This document shows positions 1-19,119 of a stretch of DNA of 64,000 nt, one piece after another; within the stretch, counting starts at the first letter, position 1; each line of letters opens with the position of its first letter. Source of the DNA: the human T2T-CHM13v2.0 reference genome, Homo sapiens. The position numbers and the translations under genes are program-made. The notes beneath the pieces were generated by a model. The model saw nothing but the letters and a program-made list of their open reading frames with translations, was not told the DNA's origin and did not search any database. Location: the NCBI RefSeq assembly GCF_009914755.1, contig NC_060929.1; one strand, written 5' to 3'.

Positions 1-77
1 CACCTAGAGGAGCATAAAATTGTAATAGGTACCAGTTTTATTTACACAGTACATCTGGGAAAGCAAGTCAGATCGAG

Positions 78-605
78 TCACTCCCCTGATCAAGTCCTCT
101 AAGGGTTTCTTATCTCACTAAGAGTAAAAGCCATGCCCCTATAATGACTTGAGGCCTTACATAATTTGCCCCCCATCTATTGCATCTCACCTAAACTACT
201 CTTCTTCCTTGACCATTTGCCTGCTCCAGCCATACTTGCTTCCTTGCTGTTCCTGGAATAGATCATGTATACTCCTGCCTTAGGTCTTTTGTCTCCGCTA
301 TTCCTTTACCCTTAAAAGTGTTTGTTCTCCGTGGCTGCTCCCTCATCTCTCTTGGGTCTTTACTTCAATGACATTGCCTCAGAGAAGCATTTCTGGGTTC
401 CCTTATCAAAATGTACATAGCTCTTCTTATTCCTCTTTCGTGCTGTTTTTCACCTTAGAGCTTATAACTAACATCCAATGCATTTTACATATGTGCCGTG
501 TTTTCTATTTATCCCACCAAAGAACAATACTGCAACGGTTTGGCTGCTGCTGTATCCTCTGTGCCTAGACCAGTGCCAACCATAGAGCAAGTGATCAATA
601 GAGAA
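78..605 (+). mobile_element. L2 (L2a-like) 3' end relic
   Basis: Degenerate L2 3' motifs, e.g. gctccagccatact..tccttgctgttcctggaa and gtgcctaga..cagtgcc. Confidence 0.65.
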
Positions 606-664
606 TCAAATCTTTCTCCCTGCTGCTCTTATTCTGTATTTCTCATCAGGTATTTCCTGCCATG

Positions 665-870
665 CTAGTAGAGTAACATAACATTTATAATGTCTTTATT
701 TCAAATTTTGCTAACTTGTTCATCATTGATTTTTTGCATTAATTTTGGTTTTTAAAAATATCATATCAAAATATTATCTATGTTGACTATTGAGATTTTT
801 GGTGTTTCCTTAAATTTTGAGCCTCAGGCAAATGTCTCACTCACTTCATTCCTCTTACTATAGTCCTGGC
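665..870. mobile_element. Old DNA transposon end (hAT-Tip100-like)
   Basis: ttaaattttgagcctcaggcaaatgtctcactcact...tagtcctggc resembles remembered hAT-Tip100 termini. Confidence 0.4.
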
Positions 871-884
871 TTTTGATGAAAAAA

Positions 885-1131
885 TTATTCCTGGGTCCAA
901 TATTGGGTTAGACTAAGTGAACCAGTCTTCTTTATGAAGGTTGCCTCAGCTTTTTCAAAATACAATTTTGCGTTCTGACTTCCAAAAAGGAGGAGAGAGT
1001 ATGCATCATTTTCAAAACTTGTTTGAACTTGAAATCTACCACCATGGAGCATTTTATGAAGCTGGAGCACATTGATCTTTCAAACCAACTGTCTTTTTTT
1101 TTCTACTGAAATTCTAGGTCTTTTATAATAT
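885..1131 (-). pseudogene. Putative terminal coding exon: YYKRPRISVEKKRQLV*KINVLQLHKMLHGGRFQVQTSF...YWTQE*
   Basis: Acceptor aatttccttacAG. Phase-2 start runs in frame into ORF 885-1070 with one internal TGA. Confidence 0.65.
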
Positions 1132-1353
1132 CTGTAAGGAAATTTTTAAAATAACAAGTAGTTCTGAAAAAAGGAATGAAGCATAAAGTTAAAGAACAAC
1201 AGATTCAGGAAATATAAAAATGGCACAAATTTATTAATAATAGTTGTGAAACATGATTTCTATTATTTCCTTGATATACACATGTAGTAATAACTAAGGA
1301 GAGCCTTCCCAAGCTTGCAACCAGCACCTATGTCATCTTGATTCTTCACATAC

Positions 1354-1410
1354 CATAAGCACAGCTCCAAATCCTCCCACACTCTTCCAGTCCAGAAATT
1401 ATTTTGATAT
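1354..1410 (-). pseudogene. Putative 57-nt exon: (R)YQNNFWTGRVWEDLELCL
   Basis: Acceptor ctcctttccctgtAG, donor ATG|GTATGT, phase 2-2. Confidence 0.7.
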
Positions 1411-2329
1411 CTACAGGGAAAGGAGTTTCTTGTACTCAAATGTAAACAGACTTATAACATACATTTGAAAAACAATTCAAGTTTATAAGAGTGTAATAAT
1501 AACCAGAGGTAAAATAGACATTTGAAAAGAGCTTAGGTATACATTGGAAATCAACAGAGTCAAAGTAAACAAGGTAATGTATATATCTAAAAGAATATTC
1601 AGATATATATCTGAAATGAAAGCGAATTACAGTATACGCTCAGAAGAAAAAAAGGAGCTCTGCATTGAGGTTTATTGATTGAGGTTTTAACTTTTGGAAT
1701 TCTCAGAATAAAGTTTTCTTGATTATGGAGGGGCTGGTTTGCCCCATCATTGTCCCCTTGGTGGATGGACAGATCATTAGACACTTTAGGGAGAGGTGAA
1801 GGGGACTGGCTGGGAAGGAGGCCCTACTTTCTAAGCAGCTGGAAACTGCAGTCATAAGCAATATGAATATTTATAAATTACACAATCAGCATTACTCCTA
1901 ATTTTCCTGGCCATATCACTAGTCCTTAGACTCTATTGATGGGACATAAATAGGGTCCCATATCTTCCCAGTTCTTGGCATCTTCATTTTGGTCTAGTCT
2001 TGAATCCTACAGATTAACCTCCTTTTTTTTTTTTTTTTTTTTTTCCTTCTAGTCTATGGAAGCCCTTGGCTTCTTGTAGGACAACCCTTGGACATAGAGA
2101 GAATATCCATGATGCAACAAAACATGGGGATAGCCTGCTGCATATGTAGAGTCAATAAAATTAATAGGCAGCAAGTTAACGACCCAGTGTTACAAGAAGC
2201 ACAAGTAGGTAGGGCGCACATGAGAAGTGGCTTCACTGGAAAACCCAGGAGAAAACCCAGTATTTTTAAGCACGGTGTGACTCTTCCTTTTGAGTGCAAT
2301 GTCTGGATTAAGAATTTAGAGGCAATGAC

Positions 2330-2611
2330 TGTTAGCTGGAGGCCGGAGTTTGTGACCACAGGGCCCCTGTGTATCCTGACAGCACAGCAGCTAATGTCGT
2401 TCAGAGTGAGTGACACAATGCAAGAAGGAAGTCATGGTGCCTTTTACAAGCTAATTTCTGAAGTCTCACACAATCACTTTCCCTTTATTGTTTTCGCTAG
2501 AAGTGAGTCACTAGGTCCAGTCCACCCTCAAGGGAGGGGAATTATAAAAGATTCTGCCTCTGGAAGGGAGGAGTACCAAAACATGTGGAGACATTTTGTA
2601 AAACTACCACA
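2330..2611 (-). mobile_element. MLT1 (MLT1F-like) MaLR LTR fragment
   Basis: Reverse strand begins tgtggtagtttt..aatgtctccaca..ggtactcctcccttc, an MLT1E/F-type 5' end. Confidence 0.65.
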
Positions 2612-3665
2612 TGTGGGAACCTCCTTTCCTTTTCTTCGTATTTCACTGGAGGAACACGCCTGCTCTGTCCCCATTCCTCTGCCCCATCCTCCATCTCTCT
2701 GTCATTTCCAGGGTGGGGAGTGATGTATTTATTTGACTGATGACTTAGAAAGAAGGAACTGGCAAAGTGGTCTCATCCCCTTTCTCTCCTCATATCTGCT
2801 TGCTTGCAAGGAACGTGGGTTTCCACTGCTCCTGGCCAAGTGGTGAGCTTTTCAGATAAGCTCTGTTCCCATGACAGCTCAGGCTACCTACAATTGGGTG
2901 GTACCTCTACTTGAGGGCTGAAACAATAAAAAGCCCACCTGGTACTCAGGCCTAGGACATATTCTCTTACATCATTTTTACCCACTGGAGGAGTGATATT
3001 TTGTCCTCTGTCTGCTTGACTTCTCTGTTTTCCAATTGGTTTTGACAGACAGGGAAAAGGGGTGCCATTTATTGACCTTAGTGATCATTGGCTTGCACTC
3101 TTATGTGCAGTGTACAGAAGAAAGATATACATAGATACATGTAATATAATACAGTGTAAACCAGCAGCATGTAAAATACATAAGGAGGTATAAATGAGGG
3201 TGGAGGTAACACCTAGGGAAAGTAAGAAACAATTTTACAGACGAAGTAAAATTTGACTCTAGAATAATGACTAGGAATGCTTCAAACAGAGAAAAGGACA
3301 ACAGAAATCTAGCAGGAATGAACCAAATATGAAATTGCGACACGCACACACACAGCCATGCATCCTCAGAGATCATGCACATATTTATTGTGACTGAAAC
3401 TCAGGTAAGATAGAATTGGCGTGGAGCAGGAAGAAGTAGGAAAGGTGGGAAGAAAAAACTTTGAAGCATTTTAAAATAGAAATGAGGTTGATTTATAGTG
3501 CAGATAGAAAACTAAGGCAACAATGAACTATAGAACAGGACACAGGAAGGGGTCAGTTTCGGAGATGCCATAGAGCATTTACTGTGGATAATGTTCTCTA
3601 AAGTAGTGACACTGAATGATGTCAAGGATAGTCACACATCAGGCAGGCGTTCACACTTTGCAGGG

Positions 3666-6289
<2,624 letters not shown>

Positions 6290-6388
6290 TGCTTGGTTTT
6301 ATTCCTTTCAAACTAATGAACAGACAAAGCAGGCAGAGATAAATTTTAATGGAAAAATCTTTTTTATTTTATTTGTGAAGCTTTTTAC

Positions 6389-6478
6389 CTATGAAAGTCT
6401 GTTGGCTGAAGATCATTAGAGTTTGGCTAGCGATAGAAATACGTGTCCAGGTATCACAACAAACATGCTGTTCTTGTT
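6389..6478 (-). pseudogene. Putative 90-nt exon: (R)TRTACLL*YLDTYFYR*PNSNDLQPTDFH
   Basis: Acceptor catgtttattAG, donor TAG|GTAAAA, phase 2-2. Lies in about 240 bp of unique DNA between two L1s. Confidence 0.55.
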
Positions 6479-6526
6479 CTAATAAACATGATTAAACCAA
6501 AATTAAAAAAAAAAAATTCTCACCCT

Positions 6527-7427
6527 GGGAGGAGCCAAGATGGCCGAATAGGAACAGCTCCGGTCTACAGCTCCCAGCGTGAGCGACGCAGAAGACAGGT
6601 GATTTCTGCATTTCCATCTGAGGTACCGGGGTCATCTCACTAGGGAGTGCCAGACAGTGGGCGCAGGTCAGTGGGTGCGCACACCGTGGGCAAGCCGAAG
6701 CAGGGTGAGGCATTGCCTCACTCGGGAAGCGCAAGGGGTCAGGGAGTTCCCTTTCCTAGTCAAAGAAAGGGGTGACAGACAGCACCTGGAAAATCAGGTC
6801 ATTCCCACCCGAATACTGCACTTTTCCGACGGGCTTAAAAAAAGGCGCACCACCAGATTATATCCCGCACCTGGCTCAGAGGGTCCTACACCCACGGAGT
6901 CTCACTGATTGCTAGCACAGCAGTCTGTGATCAAACTGCAAGGCTGCAGCAAGGCTGGGGGAGGAGCGCCCACCATTGCCCAGGCTTGCTTAGGTAAACA
7001 AAGCAGCCGGGAAGCTCGAACTGGGTGCAGCCCACCACAGCTCAAGGAGGCCTGCCTGCCTCTGTAGGCTCCACCTCTGGGGGCAGGGCACAGACAAAAA
7101 AAAGACAGCAGTAACCTCTGCAGACTTAAATGTCCCTGTCTGACAGCTTTGAAGAGAGCAGTGGTTCTCCCAGTACGCAGCTGGAGATCTGAGAAGGGGC
7201 AGACTGCCTCCTCAAGTGGGTGCCCGACCCCTGACCCCCAAGCAGCCTAACTGGGAGGCACCCCCCAACAGGGTCACATTGACACCTCACAAGGAAGGGT
7301 ACTCCAGCAGACCTGCAGCTGAGGGTCCTGTCTGTTAGAAGGAAAACTAACAAACAGAAAGGACATCCACACCAAAAACCCATCTGTACATCACCATCAA
7401 AGACCAAAAGTAGGTAAAACCACAAAG
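6527..7427 (+). promoter_or_regulatory. L1 5'UTR with internal sense and antisense promoters
   Basis: Complete 5'UTR including the YY1 core caagatggcc. Partial CpG decay. Promoter role is established for L1PA/L1HS; activity here is not shown. Confidence 0.7.
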
Positions 7428-8429
7428 ATGGGGAAAAAACAGAACAGAAAAACTGGAAACTCTAAAAAGCAGAGTGCCTCTCCTCCTCCAAAGGAACGCA
7501 GTTCCTCACCAGCAACGGAACAAAGCTGGACGGAGAATGACTTTGACGAGCTGAGAGAAGAAGGGTTCTCTGAGCTATGGGAGGACATTCAAACCAAAGG
7601 CAAAGAAGTTGAAAACTTTGAAAAACAGTTAGAAGAATGTATAACTAGAATAACCAATACAGAGAAGTGCCTAAAGGAGCTGATGGAGCTGAAAACCAAG
7701 GCTCGAGAACTACGTGAAGAATGCAGAAGCCTCAGGAGCCGATGCGATCAACTGGAAGAAAGGGTATCAGCAATGGAAGATGAAATGAATGAAATGAAGC
7801 AAGAAGGGAAGTTTAGAGAAAAAAGACCAAAAAGGAATGAGCAAAGCATCCAAGAAATATGGGACTATGTGAAAAGACCAAATCTACGTCTGATTGCTGT
7901 ACCTGAAAGTGATGGGGAGAATGGAACCAAGTTGGAAAATACTCTGCAGGATATTATCCAGGAGAACTTCCCCAATCTAGCAAGGCAGGCCAATATTCAG
8001 ATTCACGAAATACAGAGAACGACACAAAGATACTCCTCGAGAAGAGCAACTCCAAGACACATAATTGTCAGATTCACCAAAGTTGAAATGAAGGGAAAAA
8101 TGTTAAGGGCAGTCAGAGAGAAAGGTTGGGTTACCCTCAAAGGGAAGCCCATCAGACTAACAGCGGATCTCTCGGCAGAAACCCTACAAGCCAGAAGAGA
8201 GTGGGGGCCAATATTCAACATTCTTAAAGAAAAGAATTTTCAACCCAGAATTTCATATCCAGCCAAACTAAGCTTCACAAGTGAAGTAGAAATAAAATAC
8301 TTTACAGACAAGCAAATGCTGAGAGATTTTGTCACCACTAGGCCTGCCCTAAAAGAGGTCCTGAAGGAAGCGCTAAACGTGGAAAGGAACAAGCGGTACC
8401 AGCCGCTGCAAAATCATGCCAAAATGTAA
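7428..8429 (+). CDS. L1 ORF1p, open, 333 aa (short in-frame deletion near 7565)
   Basis: MGKKQNRKTGNSK...YPAKLSF...QNHAKM matches L1 ORF1p. Confidence 0.93.
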   Translation: MGKKQNRKTGNSKKQSASPPPKERSSSPATEQSWTENDFDELREEGFSELWEDIQTKGKEVENFEKQLEECITRITNTEKCLKELMELKTKARELREECRSLRSRCDQLEERVSAMEDEMNEMKQEGKFREKRPKRNEQSIQEIWDYVKRPNLRLIAVPESDGENGTKLENTLQDIIQENFPNLARQANIQIHEIQRTTQRYSSRRATPRHIIVRFTKVEMKGKMLRAVREKGWVTLKGKPIRLTADLSAETLQARREWGPIFNILKEKNFQPRISYPAKLSFTSEVEIKYFTDKQMLRDFVTTRPALKEVLKEALNVERNKRYQPLQNHAKM

Positions 8430-8492
8430 AGACCGTTGAGACGAGGAAGAAACTGCATCAACTAACGAGCAAAATAACCAGCTAACATCATA

Positions 8493-12318
<3,826 letters not shown>

Positions 12319-12857
12319 ACAATGAGATCACATGGACACAGGAAGGGGAACATCACACTCTGGGGACTCTTGTGGGGTGGGGGGAGGGGGGAGGGATAGC
12401 ATTGGGAAATATACCTAATGCTAGATGACAAGTTAGTGGGTGCAGCACACCAGCATGGCACATGTATACAGATGTAACTAACCTGCACAATGTGCCACAT
12501 GTACCCTAAAACTTAAAGTATAATAATAAAAGAAAAAAAACTTAAAAAAAAATTCTCTGTGATGAAACTGACCCTCCTAGTTAGAGAGACTTTTCCTCAA
12601 GAAAAAAAAAAAAAAGTCTGTATCTTCCTAGATTTGCATTTGAAGATGGTGGATGGTGGTGAAAAGGCAAAGTTAGATGGAAGGAATGCTTTTTAGCTAA
12701 GAAAATTAGCATGATTCTAGACATGCTTGGAGATCACAATCCCTACATATAAAAGACCAGAGGAAGAAAAAGAAAAGGAAAGCTTCTCGAGTTACATGAA
12801 ATTTCATGTACAGAGTATCATGAGGTAATTTAAAAGCAAAGACTCAACGGTACATAC

Positions 12858-12919
12858 CTTCACCAGGTAAAGCCCATACCCCAAAACAATGGGAGAGAAA
12901 TTAACTGTGAAAATCTCCG
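12858..12919 (-). pseudogene. Putative 62-nt exon: RRFSQLISLPLFWGMGFTW*
   Basis: Long pyrimidine tract ending ctgctctcttccAG, donor AAG|GTATGT, phase 0-2. Confidence 0.7.
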
Positions 12920-13277
12920 CTGGAAGAGAGCAGGTGTTGGTGAAAAGAGACATGGGAAATATGTTTAGCATTTGAGAGGGAAAGGAAATGAAAGTGGGGA
13001 AAGGAAAATATGTGGAGAGGAAATTCAAATCCACACTGTAGTCTGCCCGTGTTTTATTGGTAAAATTTAAAAGCTGGGAAACTGGCCATCACATTGCAAA
13101 GTCAGAAAATCATTTATGCGCCTTATGGGATCCAATGACTCCTTGCCAAAATAATAACAAATCTATTTTTATCTTCTCTCGGGGACTGTCAACCACTTGC
13201 TGTTTAATCACCTTCTAACTAATGTTAGTATTCTAAAAGGGGTAGTGCTGTTTGCTAGATAGCAATATTAATATCAT

Positions 13278-13319
13278 CACATGTACCCTAAAACTTAATA
13301 ATAAAATTTAAAAAAAAAG
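13278..13319 (+). mobile_element. Tiny L1PA 3' terminal fragment
   Basis: cacatgtaccctaaaacttaa followed by an A-rich tail. Confidence 0.6.
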
Positions 13320-14542
13320 AATAGGCTAGTGTTTTCACTGATCATTGCTCTTTGACTTTTCAGGTATTTTTCCTTTCTTTTATATGCAATTTCCCCAAAG
13401 TAATAAATTTAATAAATTTAAATATTTCATGATTTATAAGAATTACTTGTGTATAATACATAAAAGCTGTTTCCGAAAATGAAAATTTTAGCTACCTTTC
13501 AATGCCTGAGACTATTTTAACATCAAACATTTTATCTGTTAATTAATAAATTTTTCAGAAAAAAATCACAGTTTCACTTATATATGATTCCAATTGTTTC
13601 ATCTGATATATCTAGGGGAAACAAATATGTTGTACGTTATGCCCACGTTTAAATTTATATCGGAATTACTCCAGTGAGTTGTAATTACTTCTAATTATTT
13701 ATTATATGAATATAATCACACTATCCCTTATCTCAGTATTTTAAAGGAATGATAGCTGCTTATGGAAAAAATATTATAATTTAGTCATTAGTAGAATCTC
13801 TGGAAGTAAGATCCTAAGTAACTTTAGAAAATCCTCTTTTTTAAAATAATGAGATGAATTCCAACATTTATTTGTAGGAGCTTTTTATGATAGCTCACAA
13901 TACAACTTGTACATTAAAATTTTTGGATTAAATATACGTGAGAATCAGTGAATATTATATACCTGGAGACCTACAATGTTCATTTGTATATTAAAGGCTA
14001 TAAAAAGTTCTATCATAAATTACATTTAATTTCTTAAAATACAGTGTTTCTCAAGCCCACTGGAACACTGGAAGCTTTTCTTATGCTACATGCGCTAATA
14101 TCTTATAGGACATAATTTGGGAAACGCGAAGTTGTTTCATAATAATATAATTAAGGAACCTAATATGATCCCCAGGAAGGTTAAGCAGCTGGCTCATTGT
14201 GGTGCCACTGGTTTATGCGAAGATCCAGAATAATCCATACATCTCCCAACTACCAATTATTGACAATGTGTGTTACTGTTGGCATAGTGACATTATGATT
14301 CTTCATTTTTAGAAGTGTTTTGTAACTTACTTTTAAATCTCCTGATAGCTGATGAATTAAGGTGATATCATACATTTCTCTTTCTACTTTTTCCATGTCA
14401 TAAATGATATGATAATATGGCTAAGAGACAAAAAATAATGGAAGATTTAACACTAAGCCCTGGTTTATCTGATCTAATTTAAAATGCCCCCTTCTCATCC
14501 ACATACCACACTTACTCAGATCCAACAGACACAACGGCTTAC

Positions 14543-14813
14543 ATAGATTCCCCCTTCTCTCCCCCTCATCCATCCCTGCACACATATCTGAGAAACACCT
14601 TAGCATTGGTTTCAGGATTTCCTAATGGGCTGTGGAGCAGCTGTAAATAACACAGTGCTATTCGAGCCAATTGCTCTGAACCGGGTGATATGATCATATT
14701 CTTTTTAACGACTTTCCCTGAGGTATGAGTTGAGATTTTTCTCCTTCATCCTCATGCTGTATAATCTGGATTTATGTTCAACGTGACCGTTGAGCCTTCA
14801 CAATGAATTTGTC
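14543..14813 (-). pseudogene. Putative 271-nt exon: TNSL*RLNGHVEHKSRLYSMRMKEKNLNSYLRESR*KEYDHITRFRAIGSNSTVLF...VQGWMRG...
   Basis: Acceptor ctgatcttttcacAG, donor TAT|GTAAGC, phase 2-0, four stops. Locally retains several CpGs. Confidence 0.6.
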
Positions 14814-14949
14814 CTGTGAAAAGATCAGTTGATACGGAGCCTGGATCCCAGATTCTCACCACAGAGTGGGCGCTCATTATTTGCACGTCAGCATCTAAGT
14901 CATCAATCTCTAGCAGCCACACTCACCCAGATGAAGCTCCAAACCCAGG

Positions 14950-15668
<719 letters not shown>

Positions 15669-16072
15669 TATTGCTTGCTGCTCTATCACTACATATCTTT
15701 TTGCCATATTATGGTCGTCAGCTTAGATTATGCCACCTTCAAAATAAAGGGAATAGGGTAATGCCTGAATGATCTATAATTCTCTTTTATTTGTAACGTT
15801 CTTTGATCCCTCCATGGTTAGTAGTAGTGGCAGGCACTCTGCAAAATAATGGCTTTTGACTTTGGGGTCTGAGCTCAGAATGTAGTCCTTAAAAATCATT
15901 TTACCATGGTAAGAGTTATGAAAGACTTCTGCTTTACAAAGTTTACACAGTTCTACTCATTGATCCTTATATGAGAGAACCGGGGTTAACAAATTTTGAT
16001 ATTTTTATCATAAACAAAATGTAGTTATTATAAAAGTGTGATTTAAGGATTGCTTAGCCAGACCTCAGTCAC

Positions 16073-16198
16073 GTATGAAACTTGAGAAAATAAGAAGCCA
16101 AGGAAATTATTTCTTTTTAATAATGTTTAATATATATTCTGATGTTATGACACCAGTGGATCCACTTAAAGTAAACATATCCATGTTTAAGCATCTAC
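16073..16198 (-). pseudogene. Putative 126-nt exon: *MLKHGYVYFKWIHWCHNIRIYIKHY*KEIISLASYFLKFH
   Basis: Acceptor gtcttcttctgctgtcAG, donor TAC|GTGACT, length a multiple of 3. Confidence 0.5.
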
Positions 16199-16329
16199 CT
16201 GACAGCAGAAGAAGACAGTATAATAACTTCTGGGCAAGTGAGGTGATTCCTTCCCAGCCTGTCTCCCTTTCATCTTTCCTTCCTTCTATCCCTTGAATTT
16301 AGGGTGGTAGGTACTCTGCAAGGTATCAA

Positions 16330-17330
<1,001 letters not shown>

Positions 17331-18480
17331 TGACTTCTCGGGGTTATATAGATCACTTACCTTTGGCCCTCAGCATCTAGCACAATACCCAATTTTAAAT
17401 AGCGAACAAAATAATTTTATTTAATATATTAACTTATGCACTATTTGATTTAAAGATAATTGACTCTATAGAAATAATTATTTAAATAAATATTGACAAA
17501 GTCAACCCACTCCTTCTCTCTCCTTTAGGAAATATTGATATAAGCCTAGTAAAACATAGAATTGAGTAATCATTATGTGTAAGCAGCCAATGTAGCTTAT
17601 TTAGACTCAAGTCCCGGCATTTTACTTTGAGCTGTGTAGACAGTCACTGGCTGTGGTTTTTACTTAAGAACACAAGATTTTCTAGCTTAGATGATGACCC
17701 CTGGAAACTATTCTAAATTCATTTACTTTAAACATCAGAAACCATTTGCAGGAAATAACAGTCTTTTTGACAGAAATTTATATCACCAGAAACTCAGACA
17801 TTTTACAGAATGTAACAAATAAGTAATACAATTATTGCATACTCAAAGGGAATTTTAATTTTAATTAAAGTCCACCCCCCATTTAAACATATCTTGTTAA
17901 AAGTATTTCCTCTCCCTAAGATGTTTGTAATTTTAGGGTAATATTCTCTAACAAGAGCCAGAAGTGTCTGTGATTCCACGTAAATGTAACATCTTAAGTG
18001 CAAAAAGGAAGGCAAAAGTTATTGAATAATAATATTTTATGGATGAAAATGATCTGAAGTATTTTAATGAATAGATGTATTACATTTATTTCTCTGAGAA
18101 ATTCATTGAAAAGGAACCTTTCTTTTCCAATATTTATGAGATTTATCTCTAGTAAGAGACAACATTTAACATAAAATTATATTAAGGTGTTAGATTAACT
18201 CCAAAGGCTAAATATAATATCAAGCCATTCATGCATATCTTACATGAAGACTTTAATAATTTCAGATCACCTTTGGTATACAAATTATCTCCTCTTACTT
18301 ACAATCACTGGCACATCATTCCTTTTCCAGAATGTCATGTGAAATTTAGTCATAAAATATGCTGATTTTTGTCTATTCCCAAATTCATACAGAATGTGCC
18401 TTCACTGGGTTAAAAAGCTTCACCAAGGCTATCTACTTGCACACTGGATACCTAAGAAAACCCTCCTGATCCACTCTTAC

Positions 18481-19119
18481 TTGAAGATCTATTAGTTCTA
18501 CTATTTAGGCTCTGCTTCCAGTTGGGAGACATGCCACCTGATATGGTTTGGATATTTCTCCACTCCAAATCTCATGTTATAATGTAATCCCCAGTGTTGC
18601 ATGCAGGTGGGGCCTGGTAGGAGGTGTTTTGGTCATGGGGGCAAATCCCTCATGAATGACTTAGCACCATCCCCGGGGTGATGAGTGAGTTCACAAGATA
18701 TCTTGTTTAAAACTGTGTGACACCTCCCCAATCTCTGTCTTGATCCCACGCTTACCATGTGATGTGCCTGCTCCCACTTTATCTTCCACCACAATTGTAA
18801 GCTTCCTGAGGCCCTCACCAGAAACAGATGCTGGAGCCATGCTGGTACAGCCTGAAGAACTGTAAGCCAATTAAATCTCTCTTCTTTATAAATTCCCAGT
18901 CTCAGGTATTCCTTTACAGCAATGCAAGAACAGCCTAATACACCACCTCTTCATATTTTGCATCCTGAACCTCAACTGCGAGTGACCAATGGTAGTGCTG
19001 TCAAGGCAACCCTTTTGGGCATTAGTACACAGTATGAAATCTAATAACAGTTGCTGGCAAGCGCCCTCATATTTCCTCTTCATCCTCTTTGATACCTTAT
19101 AGTTCTCCAACTTTGTCAA
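18481..19119 (-). pseudogene. Putative exon interrupted by an MST LTR (about 230 nt once the LTR and one TSD are removed)
   Basis: Acceptor catcctttctAG just before 19119, donor CAA|GTAAGA after 18481. Phase-0 frame LTKLENYKVSKRMKRKYEG...MKRWHVSQLEAEPK reads across the empty site. An alternative frame is also protein-like. Confidence 0.65.
18539..18942 (+). mobile_element. MST (MSTA-like) solo LTR
   Basis: tgatatggtttgg...cctaataca, 404 bp, 5-bp TSD ccacc (18534-18538 and 18943-18947). Confidence 0.92.

Noticed and set aside
1599-1784. 61-aa minus ORF as an additional exon
   Set aside because: Weak donor, and the flanking exons already join in phase without it.
2054-2723. 211-aa plus ORF and overlapping 120-aa minus ORF
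   Set aside because: Largely overlaps an antisense MLT1 LTR; no recognisable protein motif or splice support.
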